Of a DNA stretch of 64,000 nucleotides, positions 32,277 through 42,118 are shown piece after piece. Source of the stretch: a virus; IMG/VR virus record IMGVR_UViG_3300037882_004127, positions 13,860 to 77,859 of that record; one strand, given 5' to 3'. The notes beneath the pieces were generated by a model. That model ran no database searches. It was not told the DNA's origin and was given only the letters and a program-made list of their open reading frames with translations. How positions within the stretch are numbered: position 1 is the stretch's first letter; each line of letters starts with the position of its first letter. The position numbers and the translations under genes are program-made.

Positions 32277-33781
32277 ACACCGCCCTTATCATCAAGTGGA
32301 ATTTTTGACAACCCACTTTTCCGCAATTGCTCTGAATAAGTCCCGCAATCTGTCACGGCGAAATTAGAAATATTTAAATTAATAAAATTAGGGCGATAAC
32401 TAACGTCTCTACCCTTCCCCACCCGAACATAATCCATAAATTCAGGCCCCTTTTCACCCAAATATCTAGTTTTAGTGGTAATTAGTTTGTGGGTTGGGGC
32501 CTTTATATCTGGTGTGGAATCGGCAAGCATTTCATCATGAGTTCTTTTACGAAGAATTCCCATATAAGACACAAGCCAATTCAAGCGATCAGACATACTA
32601 AGTACGGCCCCGCTGTCATCCAAATCCGCCGCTTTTTTACCATCAACAATACCAGCACGATTCGTTTGAACTGCCGTTATAACTGGGCAAACGCAATATT
32701 CAGCGGCCTCTTTCAAAATCTGCGTCTTGTCGTACGCAGCTATGTATTCTTGTTTGTTCCCAGTATTGTCTGCACTCGTAATTTTTAAATAATCATACAT
32801 CACTAAGAATGGATTACCGCGCCCGACCTTATTCAAGTAAAATCTCTTAATATATTTGTCTACCTCATGACCACTTTTATTCCCAATAGACTCAAAGTAT
32901 AAATTTTTGTTCTTCTGTGAACGAATAATCTCTAATTCGGCCCTGATCTTTTTTGACCAAACCGCGTCATATCTCCATTTTCGCGAATCAATAAGCCAAT
33001 AAGGAACTCCAATCTTACCAGCGATATAGCGTAAAACCGCATCTTCTATAAACATCTCGCTGTCAAGATATAATATCTTTAACTCCTTCGCTTTATCTGG
33101 ATTTGCGTCCGGCATTCTACGCATAATATCAAGAAGAAAGGTACTTTTATTTCCCCCAGACCTCGCCGCGTAAATCATCAGACTTTTTGCTCTAGCCCCG
33201 GATAGATTTTCCTGAATGCTTTTATAGGGCATTATCAAATCGTTACTATTTATTTTCTCCTCCCCATATTCTTCGATAATATCGGGCAAAACTTCAAGTA
33301 AGTTAATAGGTTCTGGTTCATCCCCAGTCAGGCTTACCAACGATTCCCCCAAATATTTATCCGTAATATCAATCATCTCCTTAGCCGTTTTCGGCGCGTC
33401 CTTACCATCCGCCATGATCTCTTGCTGAACCTTGGCGGCATTATTACAGATAGTCCGTTTGAGGGTGACTAATTTTAACTCTTTCGCTAATGAAGTTATA
33501 TTCCGCTTATCAACCGGCCTAATTTTAAGTGCGCCGCAAAAATCGCCAACCTCTAATCCTTCCAAGGTAATCCCTAATGATTTTAACTTTTCCGCAACGA
33601 TAATTTCATCAGGTCGCCCCTTATTCTCTACTATATTAGTAATAACCGCGAAAACAGGAGAATTTTGCTTACTAAAATCCTTGGAATTAACATATGGAAT
33701 TTCCACGTATGTTTCGGGGTATTGTAAAAGAATGGCAAGAACTGACTGTTCAATTTCAATGGAATAAAGCGCTTTAGACAT
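32261..33781 (-). CDS. dnaB: replicative DnaB-like helicase
   Basis: N-terminal EQSVLAILL, ARSGGNKST (Walker A variant), YLDSEM, YDYLK, AVQTNR, KTRY. Confidence 0.9.
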   Translation of the reverse strand: MSKALYSIEIEQSVLAILLQYPETYVEIPYVNSKDFSKQNSPVFAVITNIVENKGRPDEIIVAEKLKSLGITLEGLEVGDFCGALKIRPVDKRNITSLAKELKLVTLKRTICNNAAKVQQEIMADGKDAPKTAKEMIDITDKYLGESLVSLTGDEPEPINLLEVLPDIIEEYGEEKINSNDLIMPYKSIQENLSGARAKSLMIYAARSGGNKSTFLLDIMRRMPDANPDKAKELKILYLDSEMFIEDAVLRYIAGKIGVPYWLIDSRKWRYDAVWSKKIRAELEIIRSQKNKNLYFESIGNKSGHEVDKYIKRFYLNKVGRGNPFLVMYDYLKITSADNTGNKQEYIAAYDKTQILKEAAEYCVCPVITAVQTNRAGIVDGKKAADLDDSGAVLSMSDRLNWLVSYMGILRKRTHDEMLADSTPDIKAPTHKLITTKTRYLGEKGPEFMDYVRVGKGRDVSYRPNFINLNISNFAVTDCGTYSEQLRKSGLSKIPLDDKGGVQPAF

Positions 33782-33826
33782 GTTTTATATAAACTTATTC
33801 AACCTCTTATCTTAACCAGAGTCAAC

Positions 33827-33858
33827 AAAAAAAGCCGCCCCGTTTTTGAGAAGCGGCT
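33827..33858 (-). terminator. rho-independent terminator
   Basis: AGCCGC...GCGGCT stem followed by a T-run on the minus strand, just after the 33873 stop. Confidence 0.7.
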
Positions 33859-33872
33859 CGTTTAATCTTAAA

Positions 33873-35255
33873 CTACTTAACATTTACTGATTTACTAAAA
33901 ATAATCTGTGTCAACCCATCAACCGGGGAAAACAAATACCCTTCCGACCCTTGAATATTTCCGACGTAGGAATTTTCGCTATGCCACTGATCCGGATTGC
34001 AGAGCGCGGCACTAACAAAAATACGAACCCCACGACTATCTAACATCTGCTGAAAAACGTGTTTATGACCTGTGAGCCAGTAAAGGTGTTTATAATTTGA
34101 TATAACCTCCATCTTTTCTCGCATCATCACCGCCCCTAAATCTTCTAGCTTTTTAACTCCGTTTCCATGGGCAAAACCGATTAGTGTTTTTCCATGAGCG
34201 AAATATTTGCGATTCGACGGTTCATTATTAACGTTAATATTAGGATGGTTGCGGAAGAAAGCCTTAATATACGCTCCAAGGGCATATTCGCTTAAATTCG
34301 CATGGTTGCCAGCAACTACCATCACTTCAACAGGGAACTGAACAGCCAACGACTCAACTGTCTCGGCAATTAACTGACAACTCTCATCAAATACTTTATG
34401 CCACCGAGAATCTCCCTCAATTTTTGTTCCCGAACTGGTCTCAACCCTCTGATTCTCGTAATGGATTAGATCCGAACCGATAATTAAAAGCACTTTACCA
34501 ATTTTTCCGACTGGAGCTTCTGAAATTAATTGTTCGGCGGCATCTTTGTAATACTTTTTGGCAATTGAAATATCAAAGTCACCCCATAATGTCTGGACCC
34601 CATGCGCCAATTTCCCAATGTGTAGGTCTTGGATTGATATTACATAAAGATCATCACCAGAGCTAGTTATGGGTTTAATATTGAAGGTGGCCGGGGCGCG
34701 CTCGTTAGCTTGTTTAGTGAAGGTTTCGAGTAGATTTGATAACGAATCCTGATCCACCCGTTTCTTAAACTCCGCCCGCAAATTTAAAACACCTCTCTGC
34801 AAACTCGGCACAAATGATTTGGGCTCCCACTTGTTTAGATCAACTTTACAAAACGCCACTAAATCCTCAAGTGTCCTAATTTCACCTGCATTTTTAATTT
34901 CTAATGTCGCTTTATCGCCACTAACTTTAAACCCGCCAACCGGGGGTTCGCCTAATTGAATCGGTACCCAGTTTGTATCCATAATGACTTCGCCTGTTCC
35001 TTTATCAATAACCTGAGTGTTAAATGAATCCGTTACTACCGTTCCAACAACAGGAGAATCAACGGCAACTTTATAATATCCAAACAATTTTCTAAACTTC
35101 TCATTCGCCGCACTTTTCTTTAAGCCCCATATTTCCCGAATTTTCCGCCTCACCAATTTAGTGGATTCTTTATCGTTTAACCAACCCTCTTTTAGATCTC
35201 CCAATAAAACGTTTAAATATTCCCTTTTGTCAGCCTCGGTGTTTTGATTCGTCAT
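33873..35255 (-). CDS. calcineurin-like metallophosphoesterase
   Basis: DLHIGK, GSDL, GNH, AHG, GHKH motifs. Confidence 0.8.
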   Translation of the reverse strand: MTNQNTEADKREYLNVLLGDLKEGWLNDKESTKLVRRKIREIWGLKKSAANEKFRKLFGYYKVAVDSPVVGTVVTDSFNTQVIDKGTGEVIMDTNWVPIQLGEPPVGGFKVSGDKATLEIKNAGEIRTLEDLVAFCKVDLNKWEPKSFVPSLQRGVLNLRAEFKKRVDQDSLSNLLETFTKQANERAPATFNIKPITSSGDDLYVISIQDLHIGKLAHGVQTLWGDFDISIAKKYYKDAAEQLISEAPVGKIGKVLLIIGSDLIHYENQRVETSSGTKIEGDSRWHKVFDESCQLIAETVESLAVQFPVEVMVVAGNHANLSEYALGAYIKAFFRNHPNINVNNEPSNRKYFAHGKTLIGFAHGNGVKKLEDLGAVMMREKMEVISNYKHLYWLTGHKHVFQQMLDSRGVRIFVSAALCNPDQWHSENSYVGNIQGSEGYLFSPVDGLTQIIFSKSVNVK

Positions 35256-35599
35256 AAATTGTAGTTTACTAGTATTACACTATTTTCAAGTCAACGCAAG
35301 CTTTTAATTCACTTGGCAAAGGCGATCCTCGGTCAATGTGAATTTTAATTTGCCGACGAATATCGTCTTGTAAAAGTTGAATTTGTTTGGCAATCCGCCA
35401 CATGGTTTGGTTTAGATAACATTCTTTTTCAAATTCGCGCAAAGCCTCATCAGTATTTGGCTGAAGGATCGCATTATAATGATACGATTCAAAAAGGCGG
35501 AGTGATTGAAAGTTAAAACCGGCAATTTTCTTAGGCTCGCCATAAAAAACGAAATCGTATTTAATTTCGGTGAATTGCCAATCGGGGAAGTTTGCAGGG

Positions 35600-36517
35600 T
35601 TAATCATGTTGAATTAGATTTTTAAAAATATGAACTATTGTTGGCACGTTCCAGCCGTTACCAATGGCTTTATATCTATTTGTTTTTGCAATGCAGTCCG
35701 TATAATTATCATCAAGTCCCTGCAACCTTTCACACTCTAGCGGAGTAAGCGTTCTATAATGTTCACCGCAAACTAGTTTGCGTTTTGTCCCCGGTGATTG
35801 GGCGCATAGAGTTGGGTATTTTTCAACATAGTAATAATCTTCGGTAATATAACCATGAGGCAAACGGTATAGCAACATCTGGTTCACAGCTTTCGTTTTA
35901 TAATGTTTCCACGGAACGGATTTATAAGACGCATTTAAGGATAATGATTTTGATCTATCAACCTCCACCAATTCGGGATTTTCCAAAATATCCTTAAGAA
36001 AAATTCTCTTATCCTCGGGTTGAGTAACATTGGGGATGTTCGTCCAATATAAACGGTTTCTCTGTTGCGCGGAAACTAACGCAGAATTTATTTTAATTGG
36101 TTGAACGCCAAGAGCTTCCGAAATTACATCCTGATATTCCTTCTTCATCTTTACATTTTCAAGAAGAAATTTTATATTTGGATTTTTAACTTTAAGTGCG
36201 TTTAAAATATCAACAAAAACAAAAAACAATTTACTTCGTTCATCATTAAAATTTAATTGTTTCCCACAAAAGCTGAATCCTTGACAGGGGCTCCCAGCTT
36301 GAATTAGATCTATTTTAGGCAAATCATCAATATTTATTTTTGTTACGTCGCCTATCTGAATTGTATCGGGCCAATTCTTTTGAGTAACTTTAATAGCATT
36401 TTTGTCAATTTCGCTCGCGTAATAATTATTAACTTTGATTCCAGCGCGGTCAAGAGCGATTCTCCCGCAAGAAATTCCATCGAAAAGTGAGAGCACGTTA
36501 AGTCCGTTGTTTTCCAT
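35600..36517 (-). CDS. dcm: C5-cytosine DNA methyltransferase
   Basis: LSLFDG, GSPCQGFS, LENV, Q.R.RLYW, ERLQG, GNGW. Confidence 0.92.
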   Translation of the reverse strand: MENNGLNVLSLFDGISCGRIALDRAGIKVNNYYASEIDKNAIKVTQKNWPDTIQIGDVTKINIDDLPKIDLIQAGSPCQGFSFCGKQLNFNDERSKLFFVFVDILNALKVKNPNIKFLLENVKMKKEYQDVISEALGVQPIKINSALVSAQQRNRLYWTNIPNVTQPEDKRIFLKDILENPELVEVDRSKSLSLNASYKSVPWKHYKTKAVNQMLLYRLPHGYITEDYYYVEKYPTLCAQSPGTKRKLVCGEHYRTLTPLECERLQGLDDNYTDCIAKTNRYKAIGNGWNVPTIVHIFKNLIQHD

Positions 36518-36521
36518 ATTA

Positions 36522-36938
36522 TTATAAATCTAAATCAAAAGTTTCTTTAAACATTTTTTTGGTAAGATTGTTGAGGTGTTCATCGTTCAATTCAATAAAC
36601 TTGAACCCGTTTAATTCGGCAAGTTGCATCTTCTCGCTATCGGCCTTTAACTTTTTTAAATAACCGGCACGCGAACCATGCATGAATTGATTGAATTCAA
36701 GGTGAACGGAATCAGGGCTGACTTCAATAATAACCTTACGAGAAAGATTTACGAGATCTAACCGCTTCTTACCGGACTTTGGTAAAAGCATTTCTTCCAA
36801 CACTATATCGTTTTTCCAAAACTTAAATAAAAAATCTTTTACCGTTTTTTGAGGTCCGCTAACCTTACGCTCCCAATCAATTTTATATTGGGCGGGGTTA
36901 AAATTTACCTCCCGCCCATTTTTAGTTTTCCACTTCAT
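36522..36938 (-). CDS. small PD-(D/E)XK (Vsr/DUF559-like) nuclease
   Basis: EE....RLD.V.....IIEV....H, D.EK...AELNGF.FIE. Confidence 0.55.
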   Translation of the reverse strand: MKWKTKNGREVNFNPAQYKIDWERKVSGPQKTVKDFLFKFWKNDIVLEEMLLPKSGKKRLDLVNLSRKVIIEVSPDSVHLEFNQFMHGSRAGYLKKLKADSEKMQLAELNGFKFIELNDEHLNNLTKKMFKETFDLDL

Positions 36939-36946
36939 CTTAAGGA

Positions 36947-36975
36947 ATTATTGGTTATTTGGAGAATCAAGTCAA
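36947..36975 (-). promoter_or_regulatory. sigma70-type promoter (near-leaderless)
   Basis: TTGACT-N17-AATAAT, 8 nt before ATG 36938. Confidence 0.55.
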
Positions 36976-37017
36976 GTTAATTAGATATTTATTCCACAAT
37001 CGGTGTATAATGATTAT

Positions 37018-37164
37018 ATGGCATACATCCGAACGAACATATTCCTGTCCGAAAAGCAAATGAAAGAACTGCGCGAAATCGCCCTAATCAAGGATATTAA
37101 ATTTTCCGAATTGGTGCGCACGGCGGTTAATGAGTATATTGAGAAGGAGACGAAAAAGCTATGA
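37018..37164 (+). CDS. CopG-like ribbon-helix-helix protein (48 aa, not in ORF track)
   Basis: MAYIRTNIFLSEKQMKELREIALIKDIKFSELVRTAVNEYIEKETKKL; classic RHH pattern; ATGA overlap with next gene. Confidence 0.8.
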   Translation: MAYIRTNIFLSEKQMKELREIALIKDIKFSELVRTAVNEYIEKETKKL

Positions 37165-38150
37165 GTGAAAACAAATCTGAAATTATTAACCTTCATAACG
37201 AGGGATTCTCTGTTGTCCAAATCGCCAGTAAAACAAAATATAGCAAAAAAGATATATTTGAGACTATTGTAGAAGGCGGATTTGTCCCGCGCAAATTTGA
37301 ACCAGATGAGAATATAAAGATTAAAATAATTAATGCTTTTCTAGAGAATAACTCTGTAAACAAAACATCCAAAATGTTTAACTTGTGTTTTCAAGCCACA
37401 AAAAGCATTTTAGTCAAAAGCGGCCTCAAAATTGACCCGGCGAAATATCATGTTATAGATGAATCTTTTTTCGAGACAATTGATTCGCACGAAAAGGCTT
37501 ATTATATCGGGCTAATTATGTCTGACGGGTGTTTGCTCTGGAATAGAAGAAAAGATAAGGTGGGACAATTGCTTATTAGCTTAGTGGAAGCCGATAAATA
37601 CATTCTCGAAAACTTAATTTCATTAACAAAAAGTTCAACAAAATTAAGAGTTCAAATTCACCGATGCAGGGATGGTTGCGTTCGTCAACCAATGAATGGT
37701 CTTTGTATCGCTTCGGAGGTTTTTGTTTCCCATCTGACTAAATATGGACTTTTCCCAAATAAAAGCGTCAACCACCCTTTCTTTAAAAACATTCCAGAAG
37801 AGTTTTTATCCAGCGCTATTTTGGGCTACTTTGATGGCGACGGAAGCGTTTCTATTTTAAGACAAAACACTCAACTATGTGCATCGTTCATTTCCTCAAT
37901 TGAATTTTCAAAAGAACTTTACAAAACACTTTTAAGTAAAAACATAAAGTGCTCTATAAGGGTAAGAAAAACCAAAAAGGGAACTGAGATGGGCGAAGTT
38001 CGACTAAAAGGCAATAACCAATGTCTTAAGTTGTATAGATATATGTATTCCTCCAATATCCCTTCGTTGACGAGAAAGAAGCTAAAGTTTGAAACTATGA
38101 TTGATAGAATCAAACTTGGGCTTACGAAAGATACCTCCCACTATAGCTGA
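37161..38150 (+). CDS. LAGLIDADG homing endonuclease (free-standing)
   Basis: AYYIGLIMSDG and AILGYFDGDGS motifs; antisense, overlapping the recA 3' end. Confidence 0.9.
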   Translation: MSENKSEIINLHNEGFSVVQIASKTKYSKKDIFETIVEGGFVPRKFEPDENIKIKIINAFLENNSVNKTSKMFNLCFQATKSILVKSGLKIDPAKYHVIDESFFETIDSHEKAYYIGLIMSDGCLLWNRRKDKVGQLLISLVEADKYILENLISLTKSSTKLRVQIHRCRDGCVRQPMNGLCIASEVFVSHLTKYGLFPNKSVNHPFFKNIPEEFLSSAILGYFDGDGSVSILRQNTQLCASFISSIEFSKELYKTLLSKNIKCSIRVRKTKKGTEMGEVRLKGNNQCLKLYRYMYSSNIPSLTRKKLKFETMIDRIKLGLTKDTSHYS

Positions 38151-39298
38151 ATTAACTTCGTATACTGTTCATACATCCACTCAAAGACTTTCTTGTTTTC
38201 TTCAATATAATCAAAAACCCCATTAATCCCCTGATGTTGAACCTTAATTTCAATTCCATCTTTTTTAGCTGAAGAAACTAACTCCTCACTAAAGAAATAC
38301 CACGCTCCCTTTCGCGTTAGATGATTGAATTGCATTGCGATATCAACAACTTCCTTCTCTACCCAAATAGCAGAACCGACGCGATTTTTACGAATCGGAA
38401 CCCTAATTCGCCCGCACCCCGTAACATCCGAAGCGGATTTTTTCACTTCAATAGAGGCGAACACTCCGAGAACTTTATTTTTTACGGGATCTGGCTTCTC
38501 GTCTGGTTTTTCCAAAATGTAATCACCCTGATAGCGAGGATGATAGTAAAGGACGTAATCACTTTGATGCCCGATAGAAGACCCACCGCTACCTTCTACC
38601 TGTCTATTTACCCCCGGAGCATAAGGATCTAATTTAATCGCTGCGCTATATTGGGTAATAACAATCATCAATGCGTCGTAATGACTCACCGGAAGAGCAA
38701 ACCGCTTAAACAAAAGTTTTGTAAGTAAGGGCACACCCGCTACTTTCGGGCTTTCTGTCCCTCCCCAAACGTCCTTCATTGCGTCCGCTTTTAAAATTGT
38801 GCCGTCTAAACTGTCCCAGCATATACACAAATGCTCATCGGCCTCATGCATCGCTTTCAACATAGTTTCTAAGGTTGATGCAATAGTTTCAAAGTAATTT
38901 ACCGACCAAATAAAAACAGTCCCGTAATCCCATTCTTCCGAGGTCGTAACATACTTTAATCCCGTTCTCGCCTGAAATTCTTTGGAGCAGCGACCTTCGG
39001 CCTTAACCAAAATTGTTCGGGAGCGCGGAACAACCTTCATGAAGTTTTCTGCGTAAACCATTGCCTGTGAGGATTTTCCGGTTTCGGGGCCTGACGCCGC
39101 GAGACGCAAAACCTGACCAGAACGAACCTTGATTTGAGAATCCAAAATTAGACTCCCGCTTGATATAGGGTAATTTTTAGAAATTACATTATTATAGTGA
39201 TCTTTTTGAGTATCTTTGAGAATCGTTGCAAAAATATCCTTGGTGGATAGCTTTACCTCTTCGCCCTCAACCCCATCAGTTTTTTTCGATTTAGCCAT
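38141..39298 (-). CDS. recA: RecA/UvsX-like recombinase
   Basis: ISSGSLILD, GPETGKSS, WDSL, ITQ, SGG..IGH, KGAWY, QG. Confidence 0.9.
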   Translation of the reverse strand: MAKSKKTDGVEGEEVKLSTKDIFATILKDTQKDHYNNVISKNYPISSGSLILDSQIKVRSGQVLRLAASGPETGKSSQAMVYAENFMKVVPRSRTILVKAEGRCSKEFQARTGLKYVTTSEEWDYGTVFIWSVNYFETIASTLETMLKAMHEADEHLCICWDSLDGTILKADAMKDVWGGTESPKVAGVPLLTKLLFKRFALPVSHYDALMIVITQYSAAIKLDPYAPGVNRQVEGSGGSSIGHQSDYVLYYHPRYQGDYILEKPDEKPDPVKNKVLGVFASIEVKKSASDVTGCGRIRVPIRKNRVGSAIWVEKEVVDIAMQFNHLTRKGAWYFFSEELVSSAKKDGIEIKVQHQGINGVFDYIEENKKVFEWMYEQYTKLIQL

Positions 39299-39328
39299 GT
39301 TAAATTATTGTTCTTTTATCTCTGAATG

Positions 39329-41224
39329 TCAATCCTTCTTTTGCGCCGCGCGCCACTTCACCTGTTTATTGAACTCATCCTCAATTAATTGCGCATCCTT
39401 CTCGGTGATCCCATAATCAACCCAGTGGTCGCGTGACCAATTTAAATCATTATCATGTAACGCCTCTAAAACCTGCATAAATTTATTGCGCCAATAATTT
39501 GCATCGCCCGATGGTTTAGTTTGTTTCATTTTTATTGATAATTTGATGATTCTACATTTAAATAAATCCTTAACTCCTTCGCAGCCTTAAGATAATTTTC
39601 TCTCAACCGATGGAATTCCTCATCCTTAACATCTTTGAAATTACTATATCCAACGAAGCAGTAATGAAAACCCTCGTTTTCGACTTTACTCCGAACGTAA
39701 TCTAAATCTTTGGCGTGCATAATTATTTTAATAGTTCTAGTAAATTCCTATAAGACTTCTTTTCTACAACAATGTCAAATCCTATTTTCTCATTTTCTAA
39801 CTTTACTTCCTCTCGTTTAACCGAAAGGTCGATTGCCCATTTTTTATACAAGTCCTCAACCTCCTGACGATCAATCCAATACAAAAGGGACTTTACTTTT
39901 ATGGCTGGTTTAAACCCCTCCAAAAGAAACTCCTTATGCGGAAACCGCCTCACGAATTTGGCCAACACCATAATCTCCCTTTTGAAATTATCCCGTAAAG
40001 AATCGGACTCAACCAAATCGCGCAAAATTTGCCCGCGTTCTTCTCTAGTTAACTTAACAGGAGGCTTATCCTTAACTTTTTTCTTTTTGGGTTCCGTTAA
40101 ATAAACAATTTGTTCTAAATTAAGCTGAGTTAATTCCCGCGCGAATTTCTTCCGCCCGTAATAAACCCCTAAACATTCTTGCTCAACTTTATATTCAATG
40201 CCATTTTGAGCGATTTTCTCGCCGATTTGAGGTAAACGCATGTTAAAGACGAAAATCCGCATATTCCTTTATGGCGTTCCCTTCACAATCATATTCGCCG
40301 GGTATAAATACTTCACAAATACCTTTGTGCAAACCATACGATTTTCCATCATCCGTAACATTCAACTCGGCATTATGCTTTTTCAATAATTCGTCCAAAT
40401 CGCGCCGAAAATCGGCCTCTCGTTCTTTTGCGGTTTTCATGATTTTAAATAAACCAGCCGTGTGTGCTGATCCTGTTCGTAAGTTCTTTGAATTTCAAAC
40501 CGATGCCCATTCAAGAGCAAATGATCTACCATCGTGCAAGCTAAACCAACCATTTGAGTGGGGGAAACGTTATGAATCGCTACCTCACCAAAATCAATAC
40601 CATATTCCGCGAACTCCCAGTTATCAATAAACGCCTCGCCACCAAAAGTTTGGATGACGGATTTCTCGTTTAAACTGACATAATCATGATCAGTCTCGTC
40701 AAAGTATTTATTCACCGCCGATGAAACTCGCGCCCGCAAACTTTGATGTTCGGGGCATAAGGGTTGGATTTCTTTAGTGATTTTGTTAACTAGCTCAGCT
40801 ATTTGGTGATCTTTCATGTTTATTGGTGTTTCGCGTAAAATAATGTCTCGTTATGATCCTTGATTGATTCGCCAAACTCCTCCTTGGTTAAACCATATTT
40901 ATCCAAATCTAAAGCCAAATCCTTAACTACCTCATAAAACTTTTTGCGCCCATTTTCCGGCATTGAATCATAATCAAAAGCAGATGCGTTATAAATTTCG
41001 CGTAAAATCTCATTCAACCGGTGGATCTCTCCTCTTAACAAATCAATCTCGGGAACTCTTTCCCTTGAGAGAATGTCACCACCATATTTTTCTTGCCAGT
41101 CCCAAGCTTCTTGATAGGAAGAAAATCCAATGGCCTCGTCAAACGACGCTAAATAAGGGTTTGGCGGATAACAGCGGTCGAATTCTCCAGTATAGTAAAG
41201 ATTGCCGCTTTTTACATAGAACAT
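39329..41224 (-). other. small hypothetical phage ORFs upstream of recA
   Basis: Six co-oriented coupled ORFs. Confidence 0.6.
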
Positions 41225-41255
41225 TCAACTAACTTGACATTTTATGTGGTAAAAG

Positions 41256-42086
41256 TCAACTTAATTCGGCCTCTACCTCACTTAAACTCGCAGTTGCTGT
41301 ACCCGATTTTCCGACGACCACCCTAGCCGCAGCATTAGCAAATCTAATACTTTGATCTATATCCTCACTTAACATGTATTTATAACAGAATGCGGAATTG
41401 AAGGTGTCCCCGGCCCCGCAAGCCTGAGGATTGCTCACGGGTTTTGTTGGGAAAAACTTACCCTCATTAACCCATAAAGCCCCTTTCCCTCCCTGTGTTA
41501 CGATCATGTTACGTCCGCACTTTTCATTTTTACCCAATTCGGAATATTCCTTATTATTAATTTTAATAAAATCCGCCTTATTTGCCCAACTTAAAAATTT
41601 CTTGCGCGAATCAATTACTGTTTTCACCCCATACTTATCACATAGTTCAAAAATCAACTCAAGCCAATACTCATCTAATAACCCCTTGCAATAGTCCGAA
41701 ATAACCAATACTTTAACGGTCCTGTGTTCCTCTATGACTTTCTTTAGATTTTTGAACATATCTCCGTCAAAATATTCATGATTTTTTGTGATTACGTCGT
41801 CATTTTCATCAATCCGGACTATCGTCGCTCCGGTCATTTCCTCAACAAAGCGCTTTTTAATAATCGCAGTCTTATTGGTGATGAAACAGATCTCAGATTC
41901 TTTTAGCCCTAATGAGCGCAAATTATTAAAAACATTCTCGGCCATGCCGCCGGTGACGCTTTCTCCAACCGGCTTGGTCACAACTGAGTTTGGCTGCTCA
42001 GGATTAAGGCGTAAGGGACGTAAAGTGATATTGTGGTCGATGCATCTTTCCCCGATTACAATTATCTTTGGCGCAAAATTTGACAT
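41256..42086 (-). CDS. RfaE domain I / HldA-like heptose-7-phosphate kinase (PfkB family)
   Basis: R.NPE, GGMAENV, IKKRFV..RID, ISDYCKGLL, KIN..E, VTQG..GA, GAGDTF. Confidence 0.85.
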   Translation of the reverse strand: MSNFAPKIIVIGERCIDHNITLRPLRLNPEQPNSVVTKPVGESVTGGMAENVFNNLRSLGLKESEICFITNKTAIIKKRFVEEMTGATIVRIDENDDVITKNHEYFDGDMFKNLKKVIEEHRTVKVLVISDYCKGLLDEYWLELIFELCDKYGVKTVIDSRKKFLSWANKADFIKINNKEYSELGKNEKCGRNMIVTQGGKGALWVNEGKFFPTKPVSNPQACGAGDTFNSAFCYKYMLSEDIDQSIRFANAAARVVVGKSGTATASLSEVEAELS

Positions 42087-42118
42087 GTATTATCATATCA
42101 AATTTCATTGTAAAAAAT

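Noticed and set aside
35600-36938. Type II restriction-modification pair (Dcm plus adjacent nuclease)
   Set aside because: The 138-aa nuclease looks like a small Vsr/DUF559-type protein; nothing in the sequence supports restriction activity
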